Source: Gracilinanus agilis (taxonomy: Eukaryota). Taken from it: DNA of 64,000 bases. The notes beneath the pieces were generated by a model that was not told where the DNA came from, did not search any database, and saw only the letters and a list, made by a program, of their open reading frames with translations. The translations under genes were made by a program, and so were the position numbers. Shown here in pieces: positions 37,405 through 49,000 of this stretch (within the stretch, counting starts at the first letter, position 1; every line of letters starts with the position of its first letter). The stretch spans positions 255,958,801 to 256,022,800 of the forward strand of contig NC_058133.1 of assembly GCF_016433145.1 (NCBI RefSeq), written 5' to 3'.

Positions 37405-37625
37405 AAAAATAATGTTTTATTGATAACTTTTGGTTTTTACACCATTGTCACTTCCCAGTAACACTCTTCCCTCAACCCTGTCTTGTAACAAAGAAAATCA
37501 CTTACACAAACAAGTCATCAAATGGACCACATCTCACAGTGTATGCAGCATTCCACATCAGTAGTGGTCTGAAAGATTTTCCATTCGTTGATCTGCATCA
37601 TCTGTGTTTCCTCTATTAGAGGTGT
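37405..37625 (-). mobile_element. antisense L1 3' fragment in the PRR3 3' region
   Basis: TTTTATTGATAACTTTTGG..CTTGTAACAAAGAAAA, the same family as ~47990-48140. Confidence 0.55.
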
Positions 37626-38263
37626 AATGGGGGGAGAGGTTTTGATTTCAATGCTATATTCCTTTACTCTTCTTTCCCCTGATAAGTTGTAATGGAAACC
37701 CAATTGGTGCTGTTCACCCACAACTTTTCCCTTTCAAGTATTACTTGTGGTTCTTGTGAGACCTGTGGTTCTTGTGAGCCCCTGGATAGTTTTGAAAAAA
37801 GACACTATCTTGACTTTAGTCTTGTCTTTTTAGTGGTGTCCTCCAAGCCCCTTCCTCACCTTCAGCAATAGATCTGAGAAATTCCCTGTAGCAAGATACC
37901 TTGTGATTCACCCGATTTCCCCATCTCCCCAAGTCATTCTGAGTGTGAAATAATGGTCCTTTAACTTACTCCTAATTTCCCTTCCCTTCCTCTCCTTTCC
38001 CCATATCTTAATTGGATTCTGTGAATCTCCACCCAGTATAGATCTCTGGGCAATGAAATTCCCCTATCTCACTGGTTGGAGTTTAGATGATACTACTGCC
38101 TTTACTGTTTTCCTTACCTTTTTCCTGTGTAGGTTTTCTGTGAAAACAGATTTTAAGATGTATGAGTAGAGCCTGGAGAAAGATTAGGGGATGTGGGGAA
38201 ATGGAGGGACTGGAGCCATGACTGGTTGAAAAGTCTTTGTTTTAGCGCTTTTTTTTTTAAAGT

Positions 38264-38269
38264 AATAAA
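38264..38269 (+). terminator. candidate PRR3 polyadenylation signal
   Basis: AATAAA ~1.1 kb after the stop codon, followed by T-rich sequence. Confidence 0.5.
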
Positions 38270-39379
38270 CTCAAAAGAAACATTTTATTTAATCCTGGTA
38301 TTCCTGTAGTCTGTATATGAGGAACAGAGAGTATTCTAGTATAAGCTAAAATACACATTCCTCTTTGGCACTTAAAACCTTCTACTCTTGGCTCCAGCTT
38401 GTTTTTTAATGTTTTATTTCCCATTGCTTTTTATGCCCTCTTGTGTTTCCTACTCAACTGGCTTATTTGCTGTTGCCCAATACAGGACATTTCATTTCCT
38501 GCTTCTAAACCTTACCCTCATTACCTGAAATGTTCATCCACCTCACCATTGCCTCTCAGTATCCCCTAACTCTTAAAGGCTTAGTTCACATGCAACATCC
38601 TGCACAAATCTGATCTCCCTAGTTGCTGGACTCCATTCCAATACCTTTGTATATACTTCATATTTACCTATCTATATTCATGTTGTTTGTATCTTTCCCT
38701 TTCCCTATAGTAGAATGTAAGCTTAAGGGCAGAGATTTGTTTTTGTTCCAGTGTGTCCCTGTTGCTGAGTACAATGCCTTGCACATAAGCAGGCACTTAA
38801 TAAATTCTTGAATTGAGTTATATTGAATCGTTGAAGACAAGTCTGGTTCGATCACTTTGTTGGTGGTCTTTGGTCTTATGTGTTGTCCTGGATAAAATTA
38901 TACTCTGAAATCATGTACCCCTCTATTGATAACAAATTTTTACATTATCCGGAAGCTCCACAGAACTGCTGGGTCCTTGCTGTCTTGAGTCCAAAATTTC
39001 ATAGTCTCAGGTAGTGGGAGGTCGTTTAAGCCACCTTTCTCCACTTCCACCCCACTTCCCTTTTTCCAGAAGAGGAAACAGTCCCTGAGTGGCTAAATGA
39101 TGGCATTACCAGGTACCCACTATTCTTAGCGCAACTACCTAGGCTGTAAGGCTTCTCTCCCATGATTCCTGAAACACCCCTGCCTGGGACCAGCTGCTTC
39201 TCCAGTTCGGATTCTGTGATCCCTTGTGGCGGAAGGGATGCCCGCGGCAGAAACTTGATCTGAAATTGCATTTGTCCCCCCATTCCCCTTGGAAATGTTG
39301 CAACGACTTAGTCTTTATTAGTGGAAAGGCCCAGCTACAGCTCTCATGAGTCATATTCGAAGACTCTGCCCGGAGTTCT

Positions 39380-39900
39380 AAGTCTAGTAAAAGCTATGAG
39401 GACGCATGGATCCGGCCCCATCCTGCAGTCATTAATTCAAGAACCTCAATCTAGTCTGCTACAGGCCAGAGCGTGCGTGGGGGAAGCGGGAACGCGTCCG
39501 GGTCGCGTCGCCTGTACCCTATTGGATCTCGTATTACTTAGCCTTCCCCCAAGCCACCGGAAACGGAAGTAGAGCTAGCAGCACCCGGAATAGTCTTAAC
39601 TGCCGCCGCGATGCCGAAGGCGGGGAAGCAGCAGCAGCAGCAGCTACCGGAGCCGGAGTGGATTGGGGACCGAGAGAACTCCAGCCCTGCTGGTGAGAGA
39701 ACAAGACGGACCATTAGAGAGCGAGGCCAGGGGGAGCCTAGGGTCGCACGTGTCCGAGGGAGGAGAGATGGGGAAAGCAGGCGCGAGGTAAAATCCTAGT
39801 CTGACATCTGTCGGAGAGCGTGCGACCGGGGAAGACAGTGCGCGTGCGCGGGTTTAGAAGCTGGCCTGCTGAGAGAATGTGAAGAATCCTCGGACCCTGA
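39380..39900 (+). promoter_or_regulatory. ABCF1 CpG-island promoter
   Basis: CpG-rich; inverted CCAAT (ATTGG 39521-39525); tandem ETS/GABP site ACCGGAAACGGAAGT 39556-39570. Confidence 0.85.
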
Positions 39901-39982
39901 AAGTTTAGGGTGGAGTGAGCATAAGTATAGTGGAAGCAGGTAGTGGCATGGGTGAGATTTGGGAGGAGAGAATACACATAAA

Positions 39983-40036
<54 letters not shown>

Positions 40037-43000
40037 GAGGGTAGGGATGGGAAAAATGGGAAACTCTCCGGCTTTTCCTCGATACTCCCTAATGTGGACA
40101 CTATTCTCCTATGACTCAATTATCAGTAAACCTAAGAAGGACAGGATCTCGGTGTCCCTCTCTAGGCCCTACCAGAATTCTAGATCTTTTAAGCAAAAGA
40201 AACAGTGGCAACTCTTCTTGTACCCCAAAACCATAGTATGGTGTCTGGAACATTTGCTCTTTTCTGATCATGGGTAAATCACTTAACCTAAATGAGCCTC
40301 ATGGTCTGTAAAATAAGGCTTGTGGAGGGGAAGAAAGGAGATTAATGAACTAGATGGCATCTTAAAAGTCTGTTCCAGTTATATGTAGTTGTATATCTTA
40401 TTGCTCATAGAAGAAAAAGGGGGGGAAAGATCTAGTTGTAGTCCTGAGAGATGATGAGGGTAATGAAGGATCATGAGATTAGGTCAAATTGAAATAGACT
40501 CTCTCTTCAGAAATAAAATGGAGTTATCTGCCTATGTTGGGAAAGAGATCCAGGGATTGGGCTAGTTTCATTAAGGCCCAATTCTAAGAGGAAAATAGAC
40601 ATTTGCTGAGTTTGGAGCAAATTTGAACTTTTGGGGAATTTAAAGATTGAGAAATAAAGGTATTGCTTATTTTTCCCTCCAGATAAGGTTGTCAAGAAAG
40701 GAAAGAAGGACAAGAAGACCAAAAAGACGGTGAGAAAAGTAGGGACTAGGAGGAAACTTAGAGATGGTAAATGGGCAATTGACAGTCTATAAAAGTAAAT
40801 AACTAAATGTGAGGGTTGGGGGCAATATAAGAAGGAAAGCTGGCAGGGGTGGTGGGGAAGGGACATATCTCCTTTGGCTATAATTGTTTTCCATCACTAC
40901 CCCAAATTCCTCTCATTTCTTCTTATTTCCTAGTTCTTTGAAGAATTGGCTACTGAGGAGAAGCACACTGGGGAGGAGGAAGAGGAAGAGAAGATAGCCA
41001 AAGAAAAAGAACAGCAGCAGGTATTTTGTGATAAGATCTATAAAACCAAAGTATCCAAAGTCAGCTTACTATTGTTCATGTTGACAGACTGGAGTTGTGT
41101 GTGGGAAGGGTAGATGATGGATCTGGGTTTTATTTGGCTATTCCATTATGCCTTTAGCAGCAACAACAGCAGAAAAAAAAGCGAGAAAACCGGAAAGGGC
41201 GACGAAAGAAGGATGTTGATGATGATGACGGGGAAGAGAAGGAACTTATGGAAAGGCTCAAGAAGCTTTCTGTGCCAGCCAGTGATGAGGAAGATGAGGG
41301 TGAGTAAGCAGGAATCCTAAACAGAAATCTTCAGAAAGAATGAGATTGCAAGGGGGACCAGATTCCTTTTGGGAAGCTGCAAGGTTAAGCATCCTGTTTC
41401 TCTTTTTTACTTTACTTTCTCCCTGTCGTTTCAGTACCTGTCCCAGTACCCCGTGGTGGAAAGAAAGCTAAGGTGAGCAATCCTATGTGGCAGATGGATT
41501 TCTCAGGTCAGAGTTATGGATTTCATTTCTTCACTTATGCTCTTCTTTCTTTCCCTAGGGTGGTAATGTGTTCGCTGCCCTGATACAGGACCAAAGTGAG
41601 GAAGAAGAGGAGGAAGAACAGCCATTAAAACCTGCCAAACCAGAGAAAAATAGAATCAATAAGGTGGGTAGGAATATTCTCTATAGTCTAGAATTGTGCC
41701 TAATTAATGTTTACAAAATTATTGTTCCTCTTTTCATCAAGTATAATATTCTGACACCTTTTACCTTCATTGCCATATTTATTGCCTGTTTAGTCTTTGC
41801 ACTTATGAGTTCTTATTTGAGCCTGTTTTATATACATAGCCAAAATAATTCTTCAAATGTGATTTTTAATCCTGATTCAGGAGCTCCTTTTTTGTTCAGT
41901 AAAACTTAAGTTCATGGCAATCAAAAAAAAGCCCTTTCTCTACCAGGCTTCTGTCTTTTTTCCCTCATTTTTTCACTATTCCCAAAGCACAGCTCATCCA
42001 TCACAGTCGGTATCATCCCATAGCATCCATCTTTCATGTCTCTTTTCCCTATGTATTGTTGTTCTAATCTGTCATTTATAATCTGGTTAGTGTTGTTGTT
42101 GTAGTTGTAGTAGTAATAATAAAAAAGCCCTTACCTTCCATCTTGGAGTTAATGCTTTGTATTGGCTCCAAGGCAGAGGAGTGGTAAGGGCAATGGCGGG
42201 ATTAAGTGACTTGCACAGGGTCACATAACTAGGAAGTGTCTGAGGCCAGATTTGAACCTAGGACCTCCCATCTCTAGGCCTGGCTCTCAATCCACTGAGC
42301 CACCCAGCTGCCCCCTAATCTGGTTAGTTTTGAGCAAATCACTGCATCTCTCTTTGGACCTCAGCATCCTTCTCTGTAAAATGAGGAACTAGGTTACTTC
42401 TGAGATAACTCTCAGCTCAGAATTTGTGGTCTTGTGTTCCTCTATGTCCTAAAATCAGTATGCACCACCTTTTAGGACACATTTCCCCAAAGAAAGTTTT
42501 CCCTCATTATGCCAGATTAAGGCCAGATATCTGTGCTGACAAAGAGTTTGTACTTGTGTTTCCAGCATATTTGTATTTTTTCCTCATGCCTGAATTTCTG
42601 CCTAGTTTATCCATCCAGTCTTCAAAGTTCTGGATCAGAAGACTCTCCTAGTTTTTTATCTCTGTCTCATAGAGACTATACAACATCAGTGAGATGTTGT
42701 GTAGAAAGTGCTATGGAAATGTTAGTAGTCAGCTATTGTTTTTATTGATATTACTACAACATGTGGAGCTGTTTTTGCCATTCTCCTCAGGCTGTGTCCC
42801 AGGAGCAGCAGCCTGAGCAGAAGGTCAGAAAGGGGAAGGAAGAGAAGTCAAAAGGGAAAGTGAAGGTAAAGAAAATCTCTTGGGAATGTTAGGAAGAACA
42901 GCCATAGGAATTTCACCTGCTAAAACTACTATACTTTGCCAATCAGCCTCAGAATAAATTTGCTGCTCTGGATGATGAAGAGGAAGAAGAAGAAATAGCC

Positions 43001-46000
43001 AAAGAGAAGGAACTTTCCAAACAAGGGAAGGATAAACTCAAGAAAGTGGAACAGCAGGTATGGGGTTGAAGAGGCAGGTACTTCAAGAAAAGAATCAGGC
43101 ATGTCTGGTGAGGCTTGTGAAGGAGGATGAGGGGACTGGATCTCTGGGTTGACACAGATCATCATCTTGAGGGACAGAGGGACAGTGTGGCACAGGGTAG
43201 GTATTTAAAATCAGAACTGAAATTCAAAATCTTGTCTATTATCTACCACCTCTATTAAGATGAGCAATCATTTCTTCTTTCTAGGTCTCAGAGCCTTCAT
43301 AAGTAAAATGAGAATTTGACTTGATCTCTACTTTCTCTCTCTCTCTCTCTCTCTTTTTAAAACCCTTACCTTCTGTTTTGGAATCAATACTCTGTATTGG
43401 TTCCAAGGCATAAGAGTGGTAAGGACTAGGCAATCAGGATCAAGTGACTTGCCCAGGGTCACACTGCTAGGAAGTGTCTGAGATCAGATTTGAACCCAGG
43501 ACCTCCCATCTCTGGGCCTGGCTCTCAATCCACTGAGCTGCCCCCTCTAATATCTCTTGCAGTCCACAGTATATATGATTTGTGGGGTAATGAAGGCTCC
43601 CTAGTTCATTCATTTGTCTATCTACACTTTTTAAGTCTAATGTGCTATATGCTCACATGTTAGATACCAGATGTTAGATTATAGTCATTTTTTCATTTTT
43701 CATTCCTTTGTTCAAAAAATGTTAAGTTAAAAGATGAGGAAACCAAAGACAGCTTTGTAATATTCTATGGAATTTGAGATTCTAATCTAGTTGGTACCAG
43801 TTGTTTGCTTGAAGCCTCAAGGTCTAGCCTCTCCAATTTGGAGAAGCCTCTCCAAATTAACATTTATTTACTACTTCTTGTGAATGTTTTATCATCCAGC
43901 AAAATATAAGCTTCCTGATTTGTTTTGTCTCTGCCTTCCTTACACCATACACAGTGTCTTGGTTGTGCATATGGCCACTATTGAATTGAATTCCAACACA
44001 TAATTAATTGTGAAATAGTTCCAGAGAAAAGTACCAAATAACAAATTCCTTGGTCCTTGAGGGACCCAAAACTTTGGTTACTTATTGTTTATCCATTCTC
44101 ATAGGGCTCAGAGGAGGAAGGAGAAGGGGATGAAGAAGAAGAGGGTGAGGTCAAAGCAGATGATCCCTATGCTCACCTCAGCAAGAAGGAGAAAAAGAAG
44201 CTAAAAAAACAGGTGAATTGGGGAGCTTATGAGGGAGGAGGAACAGCATCTGGATTCCTGAGAGAAGAGGGATCAGATGCTTGGATTTCTAGGACTAATG
44301 GAAATTAGGAAGAAAAGAAACCTGAGGCTTTAAGGGACTATGTAGGGTCTAGCTGAAGGAAGAAATTATTTGGACCATGTGACCAGGGTTGTATGCCTGG
44401 GTATAGGAGGGTAGGATTGGATTATATCTAAATCCATTCTTTTTTTCTGTTTGTAGATGGAGTATGAAAGACAAGTAGCTACACTAAAGGCAGCCAATGC
44501 TGCTGAAAATGATTTCTCAGTGTCCCAGGCTGAAGTGTCTTCCCGCCAGGCCATGTTGGAGAATGCTTCTGACATCAAGGTGGGTGGGCCCTGAAGCAGA
44601 GTGGGGTGGGAAAAGAATTAATGGGTAGAAACAGTGCCATCTTGAGGAAAAGAGGTTTGGAATGAGTTGTATAATAGGGAAAGGAACATTTACCTTTTAG
44701 AGTAGGTTATTTCAGAGGGTATGGAATGTACAGGTTGACTTTGCCATTAAAAACAATGGGGAACTGAAATGGGAGAAAAGATTTTCACTCCATTTTAGTG
44801 ATGGGAGGTGTGGTACAGTCATCATAACATGACATGGTAGTGACTTATTTTCTCTCTTCTACTGTCCCTTATTCCCAGCTGGAGAAGTTTAGCATCTCAG
44901 CCCATGGCAAGGAGCTCTTCGTTAATGCAGACCTGTACATTGTGGCTGGCCGCCGCTATGGGCTAGTGGGGCCCAATGGGTGAGGAGAGGGAAGGGTCAT
45001 AGGTAGAGGGATTTGGGTCATAAATCCAATTCTGACTGCTCTTTCCCCTCAGTAAGGGCAAGACCACGCTGCTCAAACACATTGCCAATCGAGCTCTTAG
45101 CATCCCTCCTAATATAGATGTGTTGCTTTGTGAGCAAGGTAGGCATAAAGAGGGATTGGGGAGGGCAGGGAGGATGAAATAATTAGGAAGTGAGGTGGGT
45201 GGCTATATGAATGGTATGGGGAGATTGGCCTGATATAAGGGGGAGAGGAAGAGAAGAAAGACTTGATGGAATTTTGAAGGAGAAATGTAGGTGTATTGTA
45301 CTAAGGAAAGAGAAACCTGTGGAAAGAACTAGACAGAATTTGAAGGAAACTAAGAGATAAAGCGAGCCCTCTGGGAGGCCAGGTGCCTGAGCTCCAGTCC
45401 AAGAACCACAACCCTTTGCCCCATCACAGAAGTGGTAGCTGATGAGACCCCAGCTGTCCAGGCTGTGCTTCGTGCTGACACCAAGAGGCTGAAGCTGCTA
45501 GAAGAGGAGAAGAGGCTCCAGGGAAGGCTGGAGCAAGGAGATGATGCTGCAGCAGAGAAGCTTGAAAAGGTGAAGGACATACAGGGGACAAGACATAGGA
45601 GGACATTCAGGGACTTGCTTTTTATCAAACTGTGTTAATGAAAGAACAAGTGAGTGAAAAGTACTTACTGTATGTCAAGCACAGGGTGAGTTAGAAATAC
45701 AAAAGTTTGGGTTTGAGAAGCTACAGGGAAAGTGAGAAGAGTCAGTTGGCATGATGGGGAATGGGATAGGATGTGAAGCATGATCTAGAGTGGCCTAAGT
45801 ATAGAGTGGACACCATGTGGAAAGCAAAGTGAGTAAGCTGTTCAGGACTTAAGGATCATCATTATCCTTTTATCTTTCTTCCAGGTATATGAAGAACTTC
45901 GAGCTATGGGAGCTGCTGCAGCAGAGGCCAAAGCCCGGCGAATCCTTGCTGGTCTGGGCTTTGACCCCGAGATGCAGAATCGACCCACACAGAAGTTTTC

Positions 46001-49000
46001 AGGGGGCTGGCGTATGCGTGTCTCCCTAGCCAGGTAGAACTAATTCCACCAATCCCAAAGTGTCCTTTCCATGTTTTTTTGCTTTCCATTATTTCCGGGG
46101 GCCCATCCAGATGTGTAAAGAAAGAAATAATTCCTTTCCTACTCACTGCATATTGGCATAGTTGAGTACCTAAATTTTTCCTTATTCTGCTTTTAGTAGT
46201 ATTTTTGTATCTCAGCATCTTTAGCAGAAGGCAGGTAGGTGACTCAGTGGATAGAGCACCAGGCCTGGAGGCAGGAAAACTCTTCTTCCGGAGATCAAAT
46301 CTAGTACTAACTATGTGACCCCTGGCAAGTCATAACTGTTTGCCTCAGTTTCCTCATCTGTAAAATGAGCTGGAGAAGGAAATGGCAAACCACTCCAGTA
46401 TCTTTGCCAAGAAAACCCCAAATGGGGTCATAAAGAGTTGGACACAGCTGAAACACCTGGACAACTTTTTAGCAGAACACTGGAAGGTTAAGGCTTTAGG
46501 CAAATGTCCTAGACTTTTCCCATTCCCTAATTTTTCAAAGGAAAATGGAGCATCTCTTAGGTAGAAGGGCCCTTTAATCAGCAGGGGTTAAAAAGAGACC
46601 TGTTTCTTCCTTCCTTGTAATCTCTCCTCTACTCCATATTATAGGGCACTTTTCATGGAGCCTACACTACTGATGTTAGATGAGCCTACCAACCACCTGG
46701 ACCTCAATGCTGTCATTTGGCTCAACAAGTGGGTCATCTTCAAGCCTAGCCTTTCTATTTACATTCATCTTGGGATTCCTTTATTATGTCATATTGATTT
46801 ATCTTCCCTCTTTACTTCAGATCCCAGATATCTTTTCATTTTCCTTGACACCTTCCAAAAACAAACATCTTTCTATGACACCTCCAAATTTCACCCTTTC
46901 TGATTGATTTTATCTTCCTTTTAATCCTGTCTTTAATTTCAACATTGATGAACTTACCCACTTCCTTTTTTTTCCCCAAAGTTATCTTCAGGGCTGGCGG
47001 AAGACACTGCTCATTGTATCCCATGACCAGGGTTTCCTGGATGACGTTTGTACTGATATTATCCACCTGGATGCCCAGAGGCTCCATTACTATAGGGGCA
47101 ACTATAGTAAGTGGAGAATGATGAGGGCAAAGGGATTCTTCTTCACCTGGGATCTTCTAGCACACTAAAGGGGATGGAGAAGTGGGCAAGAGGGCATAAT
47201 GATAACCTAAACACTGCCAAGACGCACATTCTATCCCAAATTGGCAAGAGGGCAGCTGCTGATTCTTACCTTCTCTTCCTGTCTTAGTGACATTCAAAAA
47301 GATGTACCAGCAGAAGCAGAAAGAGCTTTTGAAGCAATATGAGAAGCAGGAAAAGAAGCTGAAAGAGCTTAAGGCTGGGGGCAAGTCCACCAAGCAGGCG
47401 GTGAGACACAGGGGCAGGGGCAGATGACACACAAGTCTTTGGCAACTAGCATGTTTTGTTGAGTAGCCCTGACTTGAGTTTTCCTTTAGGGAGTCAAGGC
47501 TTCTGTTGAGCACACCCTTTCAATTTTTCTCTAGGGTGGGATAAGGGAATTACGCCCAGAGGTCCTTGTAATCTGATACATGCAGATTGCATGATACCTA
47601 TGCTTCCATTTCCTACCTCCCCAGGAGAAGCAAACCAAGGAGGCCCTGACTAGGAAGCAGCAGAAATGCCGGCGGAAGAACCAGGATGAAGAGGCACAAG
47701 AGGCACCTGAGCTTTTAAAGCGACCAAAAGAATATATTGTGCGATTCACTTTCCCTGATCCTCCACCACTGAGCCCCCCTGTGCTAGGACTGCATGGTTA
47801 GTGGAGAGCCTATAAGGCAGGACTAGGATATATGCACACACAACCTTAAACTTATCCAACTGTCTCTACTCCCCACATCCTAGCCCTATTTCTTCCCTGT
47901 TACCATATTGTCTCCCTTCTTTCCTTCCCTCCCCTTCCCAGAACTGACAAGCAATTCAATCTGGATTATGCACATATTATCATGCAAAACATATTTCCTA
48001 GTGCTATTTTTACCCCTAATAGTTTATTTTTTGTTTTGCTTTATTTATGCTTTTGGTTTTTTTAAACACTACCCTACCAGTTACTTATCACCTCCCTTGA
48101 GAAGACTCTTTTCCTTGTAACAAAGAAAACAAGTTAAGCAAAACAGTTCTTGCTTAGGCCTTTTTCCTGCTCAATTTACTCCAAGATAAGGCTGAGATAT
48201 TTTTGTAGCCCAGGGAAATAGATGAAGAAGCCCAGGCTAACTTAACCATATTCCATTTCTTATCCTAGGTGTAACATTTGGCTATGAGGGACAGAAGCCA
48301 CTCTTCAAGAATCTGGACTTTGGAATTGACATGGACTCAAGGAGTGAGTTAGAGGGATAGGAGTAGCTAAGGGTTGTGGGGAATAGAAATGGGAAGCCAA
48401 AGAAAATTACTATAGGAATTTTCTTTTTTTTTTCCCCCCCTTTAAACTTGTCCTCCAGTATGCATTGTAGGCCCTAATGGTGTGGGGAAGAGTACGCTGC
48501 TGCTTCTGCTCACAGGAAAGCTGACTCCAGTAAGTTTGGGGATCCCATCTCCCACTGATTCTTCTCTATAAGCCTAGGTCTCTCTGCCTTCCATTTTTAG
48601 TATTTAAGGGGGAAAACTGAGGGAGAGGTATGACTTAATGTTTTATTAGTGTGTGAATTCTAGAATTTCCCCTTGAGAGAGACAAGTGAGGATGTTGAAA
48701 TTATAGTATAAAGGGGACCCTAGACCTTGACCACCTTTCCCTATATGAACAGAAATCTGTTCCCAGGAGTCTCTGTTAGTGGGTACACAGTTACTTAACC
48801 CCATATTCCTGCCCTCTCTTACCCAAGGAAGCTATACCAGTTGTAATTATTCCTCTTTCTAAACATAGATGTTCCTAGGAAACCTCTACTAATAGTATTA
48901 TTTGTTTAGGGCTAATTATCCCCTCCACCGGCACCATATCTCTAATGTCTTTCTTTTCCATCTCCCATGAGTCAGACTTGATAGCTTTTCCCTTGATAGT

